In this document: positions 63,018 through 64,000 of the stretch, piece after piece
Layout: each line of letters begins with the position of its first letter
Numbering within the stretch: the first letter of the stretch is position 1
Assembly: GCA_008632985.1 (NCBI GenBank)
Contig: QPGO01000083.1
Coordinates: 223,075-287,074 of the forward strand
Source of the DNA: Psammoneis japonica
Taxonomy: Eukaryota
Length of the DNA stretch: 64,000 nt
Direction of reading: 5' to 3'
Notes under the pieces: generated by a model
What the model was told of the DNA's origin: nothing
Seen by the model: the letters and a program-made list of their open reading frames with translations, nothing else
Databases searched by the model: none
Made by a program: the position numbers and the translations under genes

Positions 63018-64000
63018 ATGATGTCAAGCCAAGAACGTGCGATCCACATGTGTGAAGTATGTGGGAGACCACTTGGGTGGATTGAAAATGCCGGTGTCCC
63101 CCTTGCTGTCGGTGTGAGTCTTGACCCTGTCGGATCAACGAATGTGTGCGCCGCTTGCGGTCATCATTACAACGAATTCTCGTCGCCAGAACCACAAGCA
63201 ACTCGTCTGGTTGCCTGTTGTCTTGCACGCGATTGGGATGAAGCGCTTGAATGCGTAACTTCTGCACCGCACGCAGCGAAATGCGTTTCAAGTTTCGACG
63301 GCCGAACTCCGATCCAAATGGCAATCTTTCACCGAGCCCCGCTAGCTCTTATTCGAGCTCTTGTCAGCGCTTGGCCGGAGTGTTACGTTGTCGATGAAAA
63401 CGACGTCGACCCTGACCCCCTCCCTTATGTAATCTCCAAATTTGAACTCTCTGAATATACTTACAATTTGATGGAGATTTTTGTTGAGGCCGATAACAAC
63501 GCCATTCTCAACGCATGGTACTTGAGGATAACTCCTACAGGGTATTTCTGTCGAGAGTTTTCTGAAAAGCTTAAAGAGGCGTCTGGGCTTCCAGCATCAC
63601 TCTCCATGAATGATGTTCTGGCCTATCACAATGAAGAAAATGGAATTGATGCAGGCGAGATTGAACTTGCTTTTCGGCACCTCACGTTACTTGTCAAGGC
63701 GGAATACCATGGGTCCATCCATGTTGACGATTTTTCTCTCGTGCATGCTGTTGCTGGTTGCCGCGATCCGTTCCTTCGGCCAGCGGGCTTGTTGGACCTT
63801 GCCATTCGTTTCCATCGACAAGAGCTTGAACAAGTGGATTTGCATGGAAACTCTCCGCTCCATGTCGCTTCATCTACCACTAACCGTAACAAGAACGAAC
63901 ATGTTGATTTCCAGATTTTCCAGATTCCAGAGTACATTTATGATTTGTTTTGCAGCAAGATTGATGAATATGGGCTTTTCTGTGATTTTGAAGGTTACCG
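63018..64000 (+). CDS. Paralog of the 50170 ankyrin-like gene, running off the window end
   Basis: ATG 63018 gives MMSSQERAIHMCEVCG...CCLARDWDEALECVT...GNSPLHVASSTTNRNKNE, open to 64000 (absent from the ORF track because it has no stop). Confidence 0.85.
   Translation, partial: MMSSQERAIHMCEVCGRPLGWIENAGVPLAVGVSLDPVGSTNVCAACGHHYNEFSSPEPQATRLVACCLARDWDEALECVTSAPHAAKCVSSFDGRTPIQMAIFHRAPLALIRALVSAWPECYVVDENDVDPDPLPYVISKFELSEYTYNLMEIFVEADNNAILNAWYLRITPTGYFCREFSEKLKEASGLPASLSMNDVLAYHNEENGIDAGEIELAFRHLTLLVKAEYHGSIHVDDFSLVHAVAGCRDPFLRPAGLLDLAIRFHRQELEQVDLHGNSPLHVASSTTNRNKNEHVDFQIFQIPEYIYDLFCSKIDEYGLFCDFEGY

Overview
Eukaryotic genomic DNA, most likely from a diatom (short GT-AG introns, CoDi-like Ty1/copia elements, diatom-style myosin and AAA-ATPase genes). 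Islands of ordinary genes (rhomboid-like, Shewanella-like phosphatase, LamG/beta-propeller, MYND, myosin, tandem PAS, two ankyrin-like paralogs, AAA ATPase) sit among nested transposon blocks: two copia elements with paired LTRs and 5-bp TSDs, copia and LINE remnants, and TIR elements. The main signal is that transposon DNA, but not the host genes, has lost most TpA dinucleotides through TA->TG and TA->CA changes, i.e. A->G on either strand. Conserved Tyr codons become Cys or His (YVDD->HVDD, YGLKQ->CGLKQ), TAA/TAG stops disappear, and the two LTRs of one element differ at 12 sites, 9 of them TpA transitions. This looks like a post-insertion, repeat-targeted A-to-G hypermutation system, a mirror image of fungal RIP. 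No candidate enzyme gene is visible in this window. All alignments and counts were done by eye.
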